A stretch of 64,000 bases of DNA, taken from the NCBI GenBank assembly GCA_964016885.1, contig OZ024752.1, positions 14,942,001 through 15,006,000 of the forward strand. Direction: 5' to 3'. The DNA is from Eledone cirrhosa (taxonomy: Eukaryota). A program made the position numbers and the translations under genes. Every line of letters starts with the position of its first letter. The first letter of the stretch is position 1. This document shows, piece after piece, positions 15,380 to 29,094 of this stretch. The notes beneath the pieces were generated by a model. The model saw only the letters and a list, made by a program, of their open reading frames with translations, was not told the origin of the DNA and ran no database searches.

Positions 15380-16385
15380 TCAGTATATATGATAATATAG
15401 GCAGAGTTTGTGATAATATAGGCAGAGTATGTGATAGTATAGGCAGTGTATGTGATAGTATAGGCATAGTATCGGATGATATAGGCAGAGTATGTGATGA
15501 TATAGGCAGAGTATCTAATAAATAGGTAGAGTATGTGATGATATAGGCAGAGATTGTGGTAATATAGGCAGAATATCTGATAATATAGGCAGAGTATGTG
15601 ATGATAGAAGCAGAGTATGTGATAATATAGGCAGAGTATATGATAGTATAGGCAGAGTATGTGATGATATAGACAGAGTATTTGATAATATAGGCAAAGT
15701 ATGAGATGATATAGGCAGTATGTGATAATATAGGGAGAGTATGTGATGATATAGGTAGAGTGTCTGATAATATAGGAAGAATAGGTGATGGTATAGGTAG
15801 AGTATGTGATAATATAGGCAGAGTATGTGATAGTATAGGCAGAGTATCTGATGATATAGGCAGAGTATCTTATAATATAGGCAGAGCATGTGATAATATA
15901 GGCAAAGTATGTGATGATACAGGCAGAGAATGTGATAATATAGGCAGAGTATATGATAGTATAAGCATTGTATGAGATGATATAGGCAGATAATGTGGTA
16001 ATATAGGCAGAATATCTGATGATATACGCATAGTATATGATAATATAGACAGACCATGTGATAATATAGGTAGAGTATGTGATGATATAGGCAGAGTATC
16101 TGATGATATAGGCGGAGTAGGTGATGATATAGGCAGAGTAGGTGATGATATAGGCAGAGTATGTGATAACATAGGCAGAGTATCTGATGATATAGGCAGA
16201 GTATCTTATAATATAGGCAGAGTATGTGCTGATATAGGCAGAGTATCTGATGATATAGGCAGAGTATGTTATAATATAGGCAGAGTATCTGATAGTAGAG
16301 ACAGAGTAAGTGATAATATAGGTAGAGTATATCTTAGTATACGCAGAGTATGTGATAATATAGGCAGAGTACATGATATCATAAG
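15380..16385. repeat. 21-bp minisatellite
   Basis: About 48 copies of a unit close to atataggcagagtatgtgatg. Confidence 0.95.
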
Positions 16386-16576
16386 CAAAGCTGGAATATA
16401 ATTTTCTTTAATGATTGTATCGGAATACTGATAGTGCAGATATATACTCAGCCATCCGGCTCTATCTGAATATATATAAACATGTATTGATACACATAAG
16501 AATTACTTCACTGCAAAGGACAGAGAATCAAAAGCTATACATGAGTAACGTTGGTTATGTAATCTATTAAACATAA

Positions 16577-16790
16577 TGGTCTTTCATTTAGGCACAGGGC
16601 GAGCAATTTAGGGAGAGGGTTAACTCAATTAAATTGACTCCAGCGTATTACTGGGAGTTTATTCTATCGACACTGTAAGGATGAAAGGCAAAGCTTACCT
16701 CGGCGGGATTTTGAACTCAGAACATAACGGGTCGTAACTCTATGCTGCAAAACTTGTTGTCCGTCGCCCGACCAGTCCTACCAATCTACC
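16577..16790 (-). mobile_element. SINE family A, diverged
   Basis: gtaaggatgaaaggcaaagcttacctcggcgggattttgaactcag. Confidence 0.8.
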
Positions 16791-17371
16791 CGATCTGCTA
16801 GTAATAGCAGTTATATCTCCATCAAATCATGAGGTGGTTAATGGTATACACCTGTGTTTTCGACAATAGATCACGTTCTAGTGAAGCTTTTCTTCGCGTC
16901 TATTGTAAATTTACTTTCAACTTTAATTGAAGCAATATAAAGCGAGCAAACACGTCTGGTGTCATTTATGTCTTTATACAATGTTACTGTTGTGAAGAAG
17001 AAGGAAAAGAAGGAGGAGGAAGAGAAAAGAAGCTATCGTGATATTGTTATATCACACATTTTTCTTTAATAAGTGAAATTCATTGAATTGTGATAATGAC
17101 AAGTCTATATTAAAGATACGACTGGACGCCGATTATAAAATATAACTTCAAACCATCTGTCGTTCTTTAATTTCAATATAGCAGTAACAATTATCTTAAT
17201 CATTCTCTTTTCTAAGACAGTTTCTTTGAGTTATTCCTCTGGATAATTCAATATGAAGTGTCTATAAATACGGGCCATCTGACTTATATTTGTCTATAAC
17301 AATGCCATTCTATTTCAAAGAACAACTAATTGACCAGTCTAACATTCTTTAAAAATCCTTTTCTATTTCAG

Positions 17372-17507
17372 TCATTCTCCAATCAAAAAGGAAATTTTGA
17401 GTTGTAATTCCAATGGGTGGAAACCTGAATTTCTTGAAATGAATTCCTGGAGATATCGAAAAGAATTTCTAAAGTTATTGAAAAGAAATTCCAGAGCTGG
17501 CTGTAAT
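17372..17507 (+). CDS. Candidate host exon (HSPIKKEILSCNSNGWKPEFLEMNSWRYRKEFLKLLKRNSRAGCN)
   Basis: Strong acceptor ccttttctatttcag and canonical donor gtaagt around a 136-nt open frame in unique sequence. Protein not recognised. Confidence 0.5.
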
Positions 17508-17984
17508 GTAAGTTTAGAGGTTTACTTTTTGTGGAAATGATATTAACCTTATTGCTATTGAGTCATAAAGAAGTTTCATATGTCTCGTTTAAGAAGAGTA
17601 TAGTTCGTTGTAAATGAGAAAAAGTACCGTTGAATAAATACATATTTCCAATGTGACAAACGTAATATTAAAGCACATTGTATCGATCTAACACGTGGCC
17701 CTGCTTGAAGATTGCCGAAGAGAATGAAGAGGATATAATCTTTGTCAACAGTCGATATCGATCTATTGATTTATATAACTAGATTAATACGTATGTTTAT
17801 TAATAAGTGTAATATATATGATACGATCTGTATATTGGTACAGATTAATAGCACCAATATGTCTTCAATTTGGTTTTCATGCCAAGCTTTACCTATCGTT
17901 ATGAATCTCCGTTAATGACTAAAAGCATACAATCGCGAATACAAGCGGCCGAAATAATAGTCATTCCAGGTACAGCCCCTACTT

Positions 17985-18186
17985 CTCCAAATTCGGAGAT
18001 CACAGCTCCGATATTATGGGCATGTGGTTATGATGTCTAAGGAAAGAATTGGCAGATTTTACGGGCAAAACCAATAGGCAGGAGACCAAGGGGCAGACCT
18101 CTAGCAAGATGGTTGGATAACATCCATGCGCTTGGGTATCCAGCCGGATCGGTTGGAAACGATTGCTTCTAGAAGAAGAAGAAGAA
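17985..18186 (+). mobile_element. RTE-like LINE 3' remnant
   Basis: Encodes LRYYGHVV...GRRPRGRPLARWLDNI, with a (gaa)n tail. Confidence 0.75.
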
Positions 18187-18619
18187 TATGTGAAAGTATA
18201 TCAGAATTAAATGTTTGTCAACGATCCAAAGATGGTTGATAGAGGATAGTAAACGAGGATTTATCATTTAGTTAAAATGAATTCAATTTACATTGCGTTC
18301 ATTTGAAGCAATAGAGCTTTCGTACAAATAAACTACTGATTAAATTGTTTATAATTCTTCAGGGATAGTTAGTGTACAACATTTAAAGCTATATGTAGAT
18401 GTCATAAGATATTGCTCCAGACATATTTATTCCCCAGCCTACAACATTCTGATGTCCAAGTGTAATAGACTGTAAGAGATAATAACTTCGAAATCTAAAA
18501 TACTTCACTTAAAATGTCACATATTTGCTAAATAGCCACGGTTAGAATGTCTGGTGATATACATATCATGTATTATTTGATAAATTACTATCAGTTAAAT
18601 ATTTATACAATCACGAAAA

Positions 18620-21600
18620 TCAGTAAACAACAACAAAAAACCGATGACTGTATCTTCCTCTACTGTTGTTACTGAACAACGGCAAAAACCTATGACACTG
18701 GCTTCTGCTGCTATTCCTGTGGAAGAACATCAGAAACAACAACAACCCACGTCTTCCGCTCCCAGTACATCTCGACACCAACAACAGGCGACTGTGTCTT
18801 CTCCTACCATTCCCGTGGAGGAACATCATCACCACCACCGACAACAGCAGCAGCAGCAACAACAACAACCGACCAGTACAGATTTTGCAGAATTGCAACT
18901 AATGATTTCTGCTTTAAGAAGGGAAGTAACAGGAATAAAAGCAAGCATTCGTGTAGGACCCCACAATGAGGGGTCTTATCGGAATGCCTTGCTAAAGAAT
19001 CTCCCTATACCTCTTGCCGTATCTGGGCACACTGAGAAAACTGCGGAATCTGCTACCCATAAAGTAATTGCCATTGGGGTACCAGACGACAAGGCTGATC
19101 TTCAGGCATTTGCTGCCAGCTCAGCCAAAGACCTAGGCTGTGTTCCCCAAAGGGTGCTCTCCGCCTTGGTCGATGTGGACCAAAACCCAGACTCATCAGG
19201 CTGTCTTTGTCGGACCCAGCTGAGGCAATTTCATATCATCGGGCCTCTGTTAAAGCTGGGCGTGAAAATCGGATTACCTTCCGAACACGCCCAGGCCTAC
19301 CACCAAAGCTACGTGCAAAGCTACGTGCTGCAGCTTCCTTGAATCGGAGCTCAGCACAACATGAAAGTTTTAGTCTGCGTGATGATGGGCAGATCTGGAG
19401 GTTTGTTAAGGCTGGTGAAACGTGGAAGAGAGATACCAGCTGGTCTGAGTGTGCTCTACCCACAATAACGGGCAATGAAAAAACTGCAACAATTCTGGGA
19501 AATTAAACCAGAACAACCTGCCATCCTCTACACACCATCATAAACTGCAAGCAGGGTACAAATTGTTCTCCTTAAATACTCGCAATTTATGCAACAAGAT
19601 ACATCTGTTTGACTCCTACGTCAGAAGCATCGACCCTGACTTCATCACAGTCACGGAAACATGGGCACATTCTTTACTCTGTGATGGCGTTTTCAGCATT
19701 ACTGGGTACAACCTTTTCCGCAAGGACCGCATAAATCGCCGTGGTGGTGGTGTGATGGTCTACGTTCGTTCAAACTTTTCGGTAATTCCTTGCGTTGATT
19801 TCGCAAGAGGTGACATCATTTTGGACCTGATCTTCACCACTACTCCTGAAGTGGTTATCAGTTGTACTATTGAAGAACCTCTAGGCGACTCTGATCATGC
19901 TATGATCGTTGCCAATCTGGCTCTCGCGGGCAGCAGCAAAAACCAGAACCATCTCCAATCTACTTGCTTTGATTGGAAGAAAGCAGATTGGAGCTTGTAA
20001 TTGCACTGAGCTACAGCGCCCAAAGTGGCATGAGTTCTATAACTCTGGAGATGTGAACCCTATACTCCAGAGCATCCTGGACTCAATATGGATAGTGTGT
20101 GCAGCATCGGCGCCACGTTAGCAGAAAAAACCCCCACCCCAAAAGTGCAATTTGGGAAACTTCAGCGGTCCGACTTGCCAGGAAAAAACGTCGGAACGCT
20201 GAACGGGAATATAAATGTATAAATCAGATGCCAACAGAAAAAAGCGGAATAAATCCTCCAACCATCTCAAGCAAGTGACAAAGAAGGCAGTGCTTGAATT
20301 TGAAGAGTGCATAGCAACCAATCCTGACAGTAAGCTGTTCGGGAAATATCTTCATTCAAAGCAGAGACCTCACTCTCCAGTTGGTCCTCTTCGAAATCTC
20401 CACACAAGACAGATCACTGACGATCCCAAAGAATGCGCAGAACTCATTGCTGAGTGCTATGCAAGCATTTTTACTGTTGAAAACCAGAATGTACCATCTC
20501 CAACATCTCTATCATCAATTCCATAACAACTATGGAATTTACACCTGCAATGTTGCGACGTCACCTTAAGAATAAGCGCAAATATGCCTCCCCTGGTCTT
20601 GATGGTGTTACATACCAGCTTCTCAAACGTGGCGGGTACTTCTTTTGCACCAGCTTTCTTTCTTCTTTCAATACTGTCTCAACAATGGTGCTACTCCGGA
20701 GCAGTGGAAAACTGCCAGTGTCATTCGTCTGTTCAAAAAGGGCGAGCGCACGTCACCTGTCAACTATCGTCCAGTCAGTCTTACTAGCTGTATTGCCAAA
20801 TCCTGTGTCAGAGAAACACTTTGGAACTTCTGGAGCTCTCACAGCCTCATCTGGCCCTCGCAGTTTGGATTTATCCCTAACCCCAGCTGCTGTGATCAGC
20901 TTATCGAGTTCCTTGAAGACATTACAGCGGCTCATGAGTGGATGTTGATTACCTTGACTTCGTTAAGGCTTTTAATTCTGTGCCACACAAAAGACTTATC
21001 GCAAAACTCTCTGCAATGGGTGTGAGGGATGATCTTTTTAACTGGTTGAAATCCTTCATTCTCAGCCGAAAAGAGGTAGTCACGTTTCTAGGACAGCCTT
21101 CTTCACCATAAGAGATGTCATCTGGTGTACCACAGGGATCTGTTATTGGTCCCATTTTGTTTATGGCCTATATTAATGACATATATGCCAACTTAAAGAA
21201 TGCCACGGTACTGAAATATGCAGATGACATCAAGCTGTACCTTGAAATCAAAAGGACTGATCCTGAAATCTACAACTCTTTCCTACAATCAGACCTGGAC
21301 ACAATGCAGCAATGGATCACAGACTGGCAACTGAAGCTGGCTGTAGACAAATGTACCACCGTGCATTTTGGGAGGAAAAATCCAGCGTCCACATACTCCC
21401 TCCACAACACTGATATCAAGAAGTCCTCTTATGAACGTGACCTGGGCATTACTGTCAGAAGCGATTTGCGTTGGACAAAGCATGTCTCTAAGATTGTCAA
21501 GAAGACCGAGGGTGTCTTGGCATCACTCAACAAGACCTTTGTTAGCCTGTCTCCAGCCATCTATTTAAAGCTGTATACAGCTATCGTACGACCACACTTG

Positions 21601-21678
21601 GAATTCGCATCATCAGTCTGGAACCCTTATCTTGCTCGGAACATTGACCTCCTGGAAACTGTTCAGAGACGTGCAACA
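18620..21678 (+). mobile_element. Degraded CR1/Jockey-group LINE (ORF1-like 18644-19506, broken ORF2 19563-21678)
   Basis: APE motifs NTRNL, VTETW, RKDR..RGGGV, LDLIFT and SDH. RT motifs SPGLDG, NYRPVSLTS, SGVPQGSVIGPILF and KYADD. Ends at LETVQRRAT. Multiple frameshifts and an internal deletion in the endonuclease. Confidence 0.92.
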
Positions 21679-21729
21679 TATGTTGATTTAAAACTGCACT
21701 ATCCACAAGTGTTTTTTAGCCTTCATATC

Positions 21730-21817
21730 ATGTTCTCCTGTTTGATCTGATGAAAACACAAATATTATTGCATGATGATGTTTGTTTTTGAAATGCGCAT
21801 AATAAAATACATGGAAC
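21730..21817 (+). ncRNA. Candidate type-I hammerhead ribozyme in a PLE-like terminal fragment
   Basis: CTGATGA at 21747-21753, stem II aaacacaaatattatt/gatgatgtttgttttt, GAAA at 21790-21793, palindromic ATGCGCAT stem III, AUA triplet. Stem I imperfect. Confidence 0.6.
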
Positions 21818-21844
21818 TCCTTTAACCATCTTTTGATCTTATAT

Positions 21845-22894
<1,050 letters not shown>

Positions 22895-23183
22895 CAAATA
22901 ACGAAACGAAATTAAATTTCGTTTCGTTTGTAACTCACTTTTGTATGACTGACGCTTAAACAATTAAGTTAAAAATGTACATCTACATATGCATACTGAA
23001 ATACTAGTATGCATATGAATACACACACGTATACATATGTAGATGTAACAAGTCTTTCACTGGTTACTTTACTGTGAGTAATCCAGCTATTCCGTATGTA
23101 AACACACAGACAAACCGGTTTTTAGAGTCATACTGGTTTTCGAGGAAACACCTTTCCTCTATTCTCCAGAAAGCTAGACAAGG

Positions 23184-23228
23184 AATATTGAACTAGTTTC
23201 GTTGTTGTTACAACTCATCAGCAATATT
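23184..23228 (-). ncRNA. Type-I hammerhead ribozyme
   Basis: Reverse complement reads AAUAUUG CUGAUGA GUUGU-AACA-ACAAC GAAACUAGUU CAAUAUU. Confidence 0.9.
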
Positions 23229-23650
23229 TACCTATCTACCGGCCTTTCTGGAGAATCGTAAAAGCACATGTCGTTATAAGCTTTTTCTATGAAAATTAGT
23301 AGTGGGCAGACTAATTTGCATAGAGTGTGAGTACGCACCTGTTCAGCGGAGACGATAAAAACAAATAACGAAACGAAATTAAATTTCGTTTCGTTTGTAA
23401 CTCACTTTTGTATGACTGACGCTTAAACAATTAAGTTAAAAATGTACATCTACATATGCATACTGAAATACTAGTATGCGTATGAATACACACACGTATA
23501 CATATGTAGATGTAACAAGTCTTTCACTGGTTACTTTACTGTGAGTAATCCAGCTATTCTGTATGTAAACACACAGACAAACCGGTTTTTAGAGTCATAC
23601 TGGTTTTCGAGGAAACACCTTTCCTCTATTCTCCAGAAAGCCAGACAAGG

Positions 23651-23695
23651 AATATTGAACTAGTTCCGTTGTTGTTACAACTCATCAGCAATATT
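23651..23695 (-). ncRNA. Hammerhead copy with core mutation (GAAA to GGAA)
   Basis: aactagttccgttg instead of aactagtttcgttg. Confidence 0.75.
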
Positions 23696-24089
23696 TACCT
23701 ATCTACCGGCCTTTCTGGAGAATCGTAAAAGCACATATCGTTATATGCTTTTTCTATGAAAATTAGTAGTGGGCAGACTAATTTGCATAGAGTAGGAGTA
23801 CGCACCGGTTCAGCGGAGAGGATAAAAACAAATGACGAAACGAAATTAAATTTCGTTTCGTTTGTAACTCACTTTTGTATGACTGACGCTTAAACAATTA
23901 AGTTAAAAATGTACATCTACATATGCTTACTGAAATACTAGTATGCATATGATTTGTTTTTATCGTCTCCGCTGAACCGGTGCGTACTCACACTCTATGC
24001 AAATTAGTCTGCCCACTACCAATTTTCATAGAAAAAGCATATAACGATATGTGCTTTTACGATTCTCCAGAAAGGCCGGTAGATAGGTA

Positions 24090-24134
24090 AATATTGCTGA
24101 TGAGTTGTAACAACAACGAAACTAGTTCAATATT
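24090..24134 (+). ncRNA. Type-I hammerhead ribozyme
   Basis: Stem I aatattg/caatatt, core CTGATGA, stem II gttgt/acaac, GAAA, palindromic ACTAGT stem III, GUU cleavage triplet. Confidence 0.9.
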
Positions 24135-24556
24135 CCTTGTCTGGCTTTCTGGCGAATAGAGGAAAGGTGTTTCCTCGAAAACCAGTATGACTCTAAAAAC
24201 CGGTTTGTCTGTGTGTTTACATACAGAATAGCTGGATTACTCACAGTAAAGTAACCAGTGAAAGACTTGTTACATCTACATATGTATACGTGTGTGTATT
24301 CATATGCATACTAGTATTTCAGTATGCATATGTAGATGTACATTTTTAACTTAATTGTTTAAGCGTCAGTCATACAAAAGTGAGTTACAAACGAAACGAA
24401 ATTTAATTTCGTTTCGTTATTTGTTTTTATCGTCTCCGCTGAACCGGTGCGTACTCACACTCTATGCAAATTAGTCTGCCCACTACAAATTTTCATAGAA
24501 AAAGCATATAACGATATGTGCTTTTACGATTCTCCAGAAAGGCCGGTAGATAGGTA

Positions 24557-24601
24557 AATATTGCTGATGAGTTGTAACAACAACGAAACTAGTTCAATAT
24601 T
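24557..24601 (+). ncRNA. Type-I hammerhead ribozyme
   Basis: Identical to 24090-24134. Confidence 0.9.
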
Positions 24602-25023
24602 CCTTGTCTGGCTTTCTGAAGAATAGAGGAAAGGTGTTTCTTCGAAAACCAGTATGACTCTAAAAACCGGTTTGTCTGTGTGTTTACATACAGAATAGCT
24701 GGATTACTCACAGTAAAGTAACCAGTGAAAGACTTGTTACATCTACATATGTATACGTGTGTGTATTCATATGCATACTAGTATTTCAGTATGCATATGT
24801 AGATGTACATTTTTAACTTAATTGTTTAAGCGTCAGTCATACAAAAGTGAGTTACAAACGAAACGAAATTTAATTTCGTTTCGTTATTTGTTTTTATCGT
24901 CTCCGCTGAACCGGTGCGTACTCACACTCTATGCAAATTAGTCTGCCCACTACTAATTTTCATAGAAAAAGCATATAACGATATGTGCTTTTATGATTCT
25001 CCAGAAAGGCCGGTAGATAGGTA

Positions 25024-25068
25024 AATATTGCTGATGAGTTGTAACAACAACGAAACTAGTTCAATATT
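25024..25068 (+). ncRNA. Type-I hammerhead ribozyme
   Basis: Identical to 24090-24134. Confidence 0.9.
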
Positions 25069-25490
25069 CCTTGTCTGGCTTTCTGGCGAATAGAGGAAAG
25101 GTGTTTCCTCGAAAACCAGTATGACTCTAAAAACCGGTTTGTCTGTGTGTTTACATACAGAATAGCTGGATTACTCACAGTAAAGTAACCAGTGAAAGAC
25201 TTGTTACATCTACATATGTATACGTGTGTGTATTCATATGCATACTAGTATTTCAGTATGCATATGTAGATGTACATTTTTAACTTAATTGTTTAAGCGT
25301 CAGTCATACAAAAGTGAGTTACAAACGAAACGAAATTTAATTTCGTTTCGTTATTTGTTTTTATCGTCTCCGCTGAACCGGTGCGTACTCACACTCTATG
25401 CAAATTAGTCTGCCCACTACAAATTTTCATAGAAAAAGCATATAACGATATGTGCTTTTACGATTCTCCAGAAAGGCCGGTAGATAGGTA

Positions 25491-25535
25491 AATATTGCTG
25501 ATGAGTTGTAACAACAACGAAACTAGTTCAATATT
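25491..25535 (+). ncRNA. Type-I hammerhead ribozyme
   Basis: Identical to 24090-24134. Confidence 0.9.
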
Positions 25536-25957
25536 CCTTGTCTGGCTTTCTGAAGAATAGAGGAAAGGTGTTTCCTCGAAAACCAGTATGACTCTAAAAA
25601 CCGGTTTGTCTGTGTGTTTACATACAGAATAGCTGGATTACTCACAGTAAAGTAACCAGTGAAAGACTTGTTACATCTACATATGTATACGTGTGTGTAT
25701 TCATATGCATACTAGTATTTCAGTATGCATATGTAGATGTACATTTTTAACTTAATTGTTTAAGCGTCAGTCATACAAAAGTGAGTTACAAACGAAACGA
25801 AATTTAATTTCGTTTCGTTATTTGTTTTTATCGTCTCCGCTGAACCGGTGCGTACTCACACTCTATGCAAATTAGTCTGCCCACTACTAATTTTCATAGA
25901 AAAAGCATATAACGATATGTGCTTTTACGATTCTCCAGAAAGGCCGGTAGATAGGTA

Positions 25958-26002
25958 AATATTGCTGATGAGTTGTAACAACAACGAAACTAGTTCAATA
26001 TT
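25958..26002 (+). ncRNA. Type-I hammerhead ribozyme
   Basis: Identical to 24090-24134. Confidence 0.9.
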
Positions 26003-26221
26003 CTTTGTCTGGCTTTCTGGAGAATAGAGGAAAGGTGTTTCCTCGAAAACCAGTATGACTCTAAAAACCGGTTTGTCTGTGTGTTTACATACAGAATAGC
26101 TGGATTACTCACAGTAAAGTAACCAGTGAAAGACTTGTTACATCTACATATGTATACGTGTGTGTATTCATATGCATACTAGTATTTCAGTATGCATATG
26201 TAGATGTACATTTTTAACTTA

Positions 26222-26289
<68 letters not shown>

Positions 26290-26423
26290 TAGATAGATAT
26301 ATATAGATATATATAGATATATATAGATATATATATAGATATATAGATATATATAGATATATATAGGTATATATAGATATATACATAGATAGATATATAT
26401 CTATATATATATATCTATATATC

Positions 26424-26461
<38 letters not shown>

Positions 26462-26462
<1 letters not shown>

Positions 26463-26690
26463 GGAAAGTTATATTTAAATTGTTGGGTTACAACTAGTAA
26501 ATATTTATAACTGATATAAAAGCACTCGACAAATATTTGAAGTATGTTTACAATATTAAATAAATGGAAACTATATTTATAAAACCATATTTATTTCATT
26601 ATATATATTTCAGGGATATCATATTAACAATATGCTATGCCTTCCTCAGACAAAATACAATATAAACAGTTTTATAGATAAATAGATATA
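26462..26690 (-). mobile_element. PLE-type terminal repeat fragment (family B) with hammerhead (CUGAGGA)
   Basis: Reverse complement of about 14295-14521. Core at 26643-26649 and 26608-26611. Confidence 0.75.
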
Positions 26691-26723
26691 TATATATATA
26701 TATCTATATCTATATATAACATA

Positions 26724-28000
26724 TATAACTTTGAATAACTTTGAATAACATGTTATCTACCTTGATTTCAGCAAGGCCTTTGACAGGGTTGATCATAACA
26801 TTCTACTGAGAAAGCTGTCCAATATTGGTGTCACTTGAAAGCTTCTGCAGTGGATCAAGAGCTTCCTGTCAAACAGAACCCAACATGTTGTAGTTGAGGG
26901 AGTCAAATCCAGCCCAGCCGAAGTCAGTAGTGGGGTCCCACAAGGCACTATGTTGGGACCACTTCTCTTCATCATCTATATTAATGACATCACTGACATC
27001 ATCAAACACAGCAACATTAAAATTTTCGCTGATGATTCCAAGCTCCAAAAGGTCATCAATGGCGTGGATGACCGGATAAGCATTCAGTCAGACCTACTGG
27101 CTGTTACCCAATGGGCGGAAAAGAACAACATGTTACTGAACGAAGACAAATTCGAACTGATCCACTTTGGAAAAGAGGATGCTCTGAAACTACCGTACTC
27201 CCTTCCCTCCGGGGAAACTCTCGTGGCATCTAACAACATCAGAGACTTGGGAGTAACCGTGGACAGCAACATAAGCTGGACCACGCATATAAGCAGCAAA
27301 GTTGACATGGCCCGCAGAATGTGTTCCTGGATCCTCAGAACCTTCCAGTCGAGAGATTCCCGCACCATTATCCTTCTCTTCTCTACTTTTGCCCGACAAC
27401 ACCTTGAATACTGTTGTCCACTGTGGTCTCCCCACACGAAACAAAGTATCATGAAACTTGAAGCTCCTCAAAGGGCAATCACGAAAAAGATAGATGGCAT
27501 GTCAGACCTTGACTACTGGGGTCGATTAGAAAACCTGAAACTTTACTCACTCCAACGTCGCCGTGAGCGTTATATTATCTGCATGATGTGGAAAATGTTC
27601 CATCATCACTGCCCAAATGATGTTGGCATCGCCTTCAAGATACACACAAGGCTTGGGCCCGTGCTATCCGTCCTATTCAAAAATCTAAATCGCAACTCAT
27701 AACAACAATACGGCACAATTATTTCACCTCAATCGGCCCTGCTCTCTTCAACATCACACCAGGACACGTCAAAACAGAAACTGACCACACAAAATTCAAG
27801 AAGTCTTTGGACAAATTCCTCCAAGTAATCCCGGACAAACCACCCACACCCGGATATGTCTCCGCAAACAGTAATTCTCTTCTCGAATGGGCCATGGTGC
27901 CCAAATCCTGAATTGAAAGACTTCGCCAGGTGGTGCTATTGAGATAGACATGGCCTGGGCCAATACTGGCCAAAACATTTCAAAGTTATTCAAAGTTATA
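26724..28000 (+). mobile_element. 5'-truncated CR1/Jockey-group LINE (RT 3' half plus 3'UTR)
   Basis: YLDFSKAFDRVDH, SGVPQGTMLGPLLF, IFADDSK, LEYCCPLWSPH and LYSLQRRRERY. One premature stop and one frameshift. Tail (ttcaaagtta)2. Confidence 0.92.
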
Positions 28001-28020
28001 TATATCTATCTATCTATCTA

Positions 28021-28091
<71 letters not shown>

Positions 28092-28169
28092 ATATATCTA
28101 TATATATCTATATCTATATATATATATATATATATCTGTATATATATATATATATCTCTATATATATAT

Positions 28170-28223
<54 letters not shown>

Positions 28224-28268
28224 ATATATATAGATATATATATAGATATATATATATATATATATATA

Positions 28269-28304
<36 letters not shown>

Positions 28305-28314
28305 AAGTTAAATG

Positions 28315-28630
28315 ATGACTCCAGTTCCCCAGTGAATTAACAACCCAACAAGGAACTGGGCATATCAGAGTATTGACAATATCATACACCTAAACAACAT
28401 ATGTACTTGTCTATACCATACTAATTCAAACTGCCTGAAGAGGTCACAGCCAAAGATGGCTGTCACTGAAATATAAATAGCAGTAATAAACGAAGCTAAA
28501 TTTTTATCATTTGACTTTTATTTAACTTTATTTTACACTACTCCGGAGTAACCAAACCAACCTACGCACTTCGTCGAGTGCTCCAGCCTGCATACTCAGG
28601 TGTTGGTATACAACCAACATAAACACAAAA
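28315..28630 (+). mobile_element. PLE-type terminal repeat (family C) with hammerhead at 28430-28484
   Basis: actgc CTGAAGA ggtcacagcca-aaga-tggctgtcact GAAA tataaata gcagt. Inverted homolog at 42655-42907. Confidence 0.8.
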
Positions 28631-28657
28631 TCTCTCTCTCTATATATATATATATAT

Positions 28658-28795
28658 AACGAAGGAAATGTGGTAGGGAACCAGGTGGACCATAACGCAC
28701 CAAAGTACTCAATACTTGAGGTAGTAGAGTGGGTAATAGGAACCAGTAAGACCCCGACAGCTGAGCTCAAGCCGTTTCGACGGCTAATTCTGGAC
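28658..28795. repeat. Dispersed repeat family D (gagctcaagccgtttcgacggct)
   Basis: Related sequence at 44017-44120, 59858-60025 and 61306-61345. Always next to or near (TA)n. Confidence 0.7.
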
Positions 28796-28882
28796 TATAT
28801 ATATATATATATATATATAGATAAATATATATATATATATAGATAAATATATATATATATAGATAAATATATATATATAGAG

Positions 28883-28961
<79 letters not shown>

Positions 28962-28996
28962 TAAATATATATATAGAGATAAATATGTATATATAG

Positions 28997-29037
<41 letters not shown>

Positions 29038-29094
29038 TAGATATATATATATATATATATATATATAGATATATATATAGATATATATATATAT

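Larger units (their letters stand above)
22889..26226. repeat. 467-bp tandem array with internal inversion, each full unit carrying a hammerhead ribozyme (retrozyme-like)
   Basis: Period 467 measured at 22895/23362/23829 and 23956/24423/24890/25357/25824. About 2.3 units on - (22889-23951), then about 4.9 units on + (23952-26226). (TA)n on both sides. Confidence 0.95.

Noticed and set aside
15373-16374. 333-aa ORF of YSAYIIT repeats, and a possible CRISPR-like array
   Set aside because: It is a 21-bp head-to-tail minisatellite with no unique spacers, in eukaryotic DNA, with no sign of coding constraint.
22889-26226. Array as CRISPR, rDNA/5S, snRNA cluster or coding repeat
   Set aside because: No spacers, no recognisable rRNA/snRNA/tRNA sequence and no ORF of 60 aa or more. 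The hammerhead explains the conserved structure.
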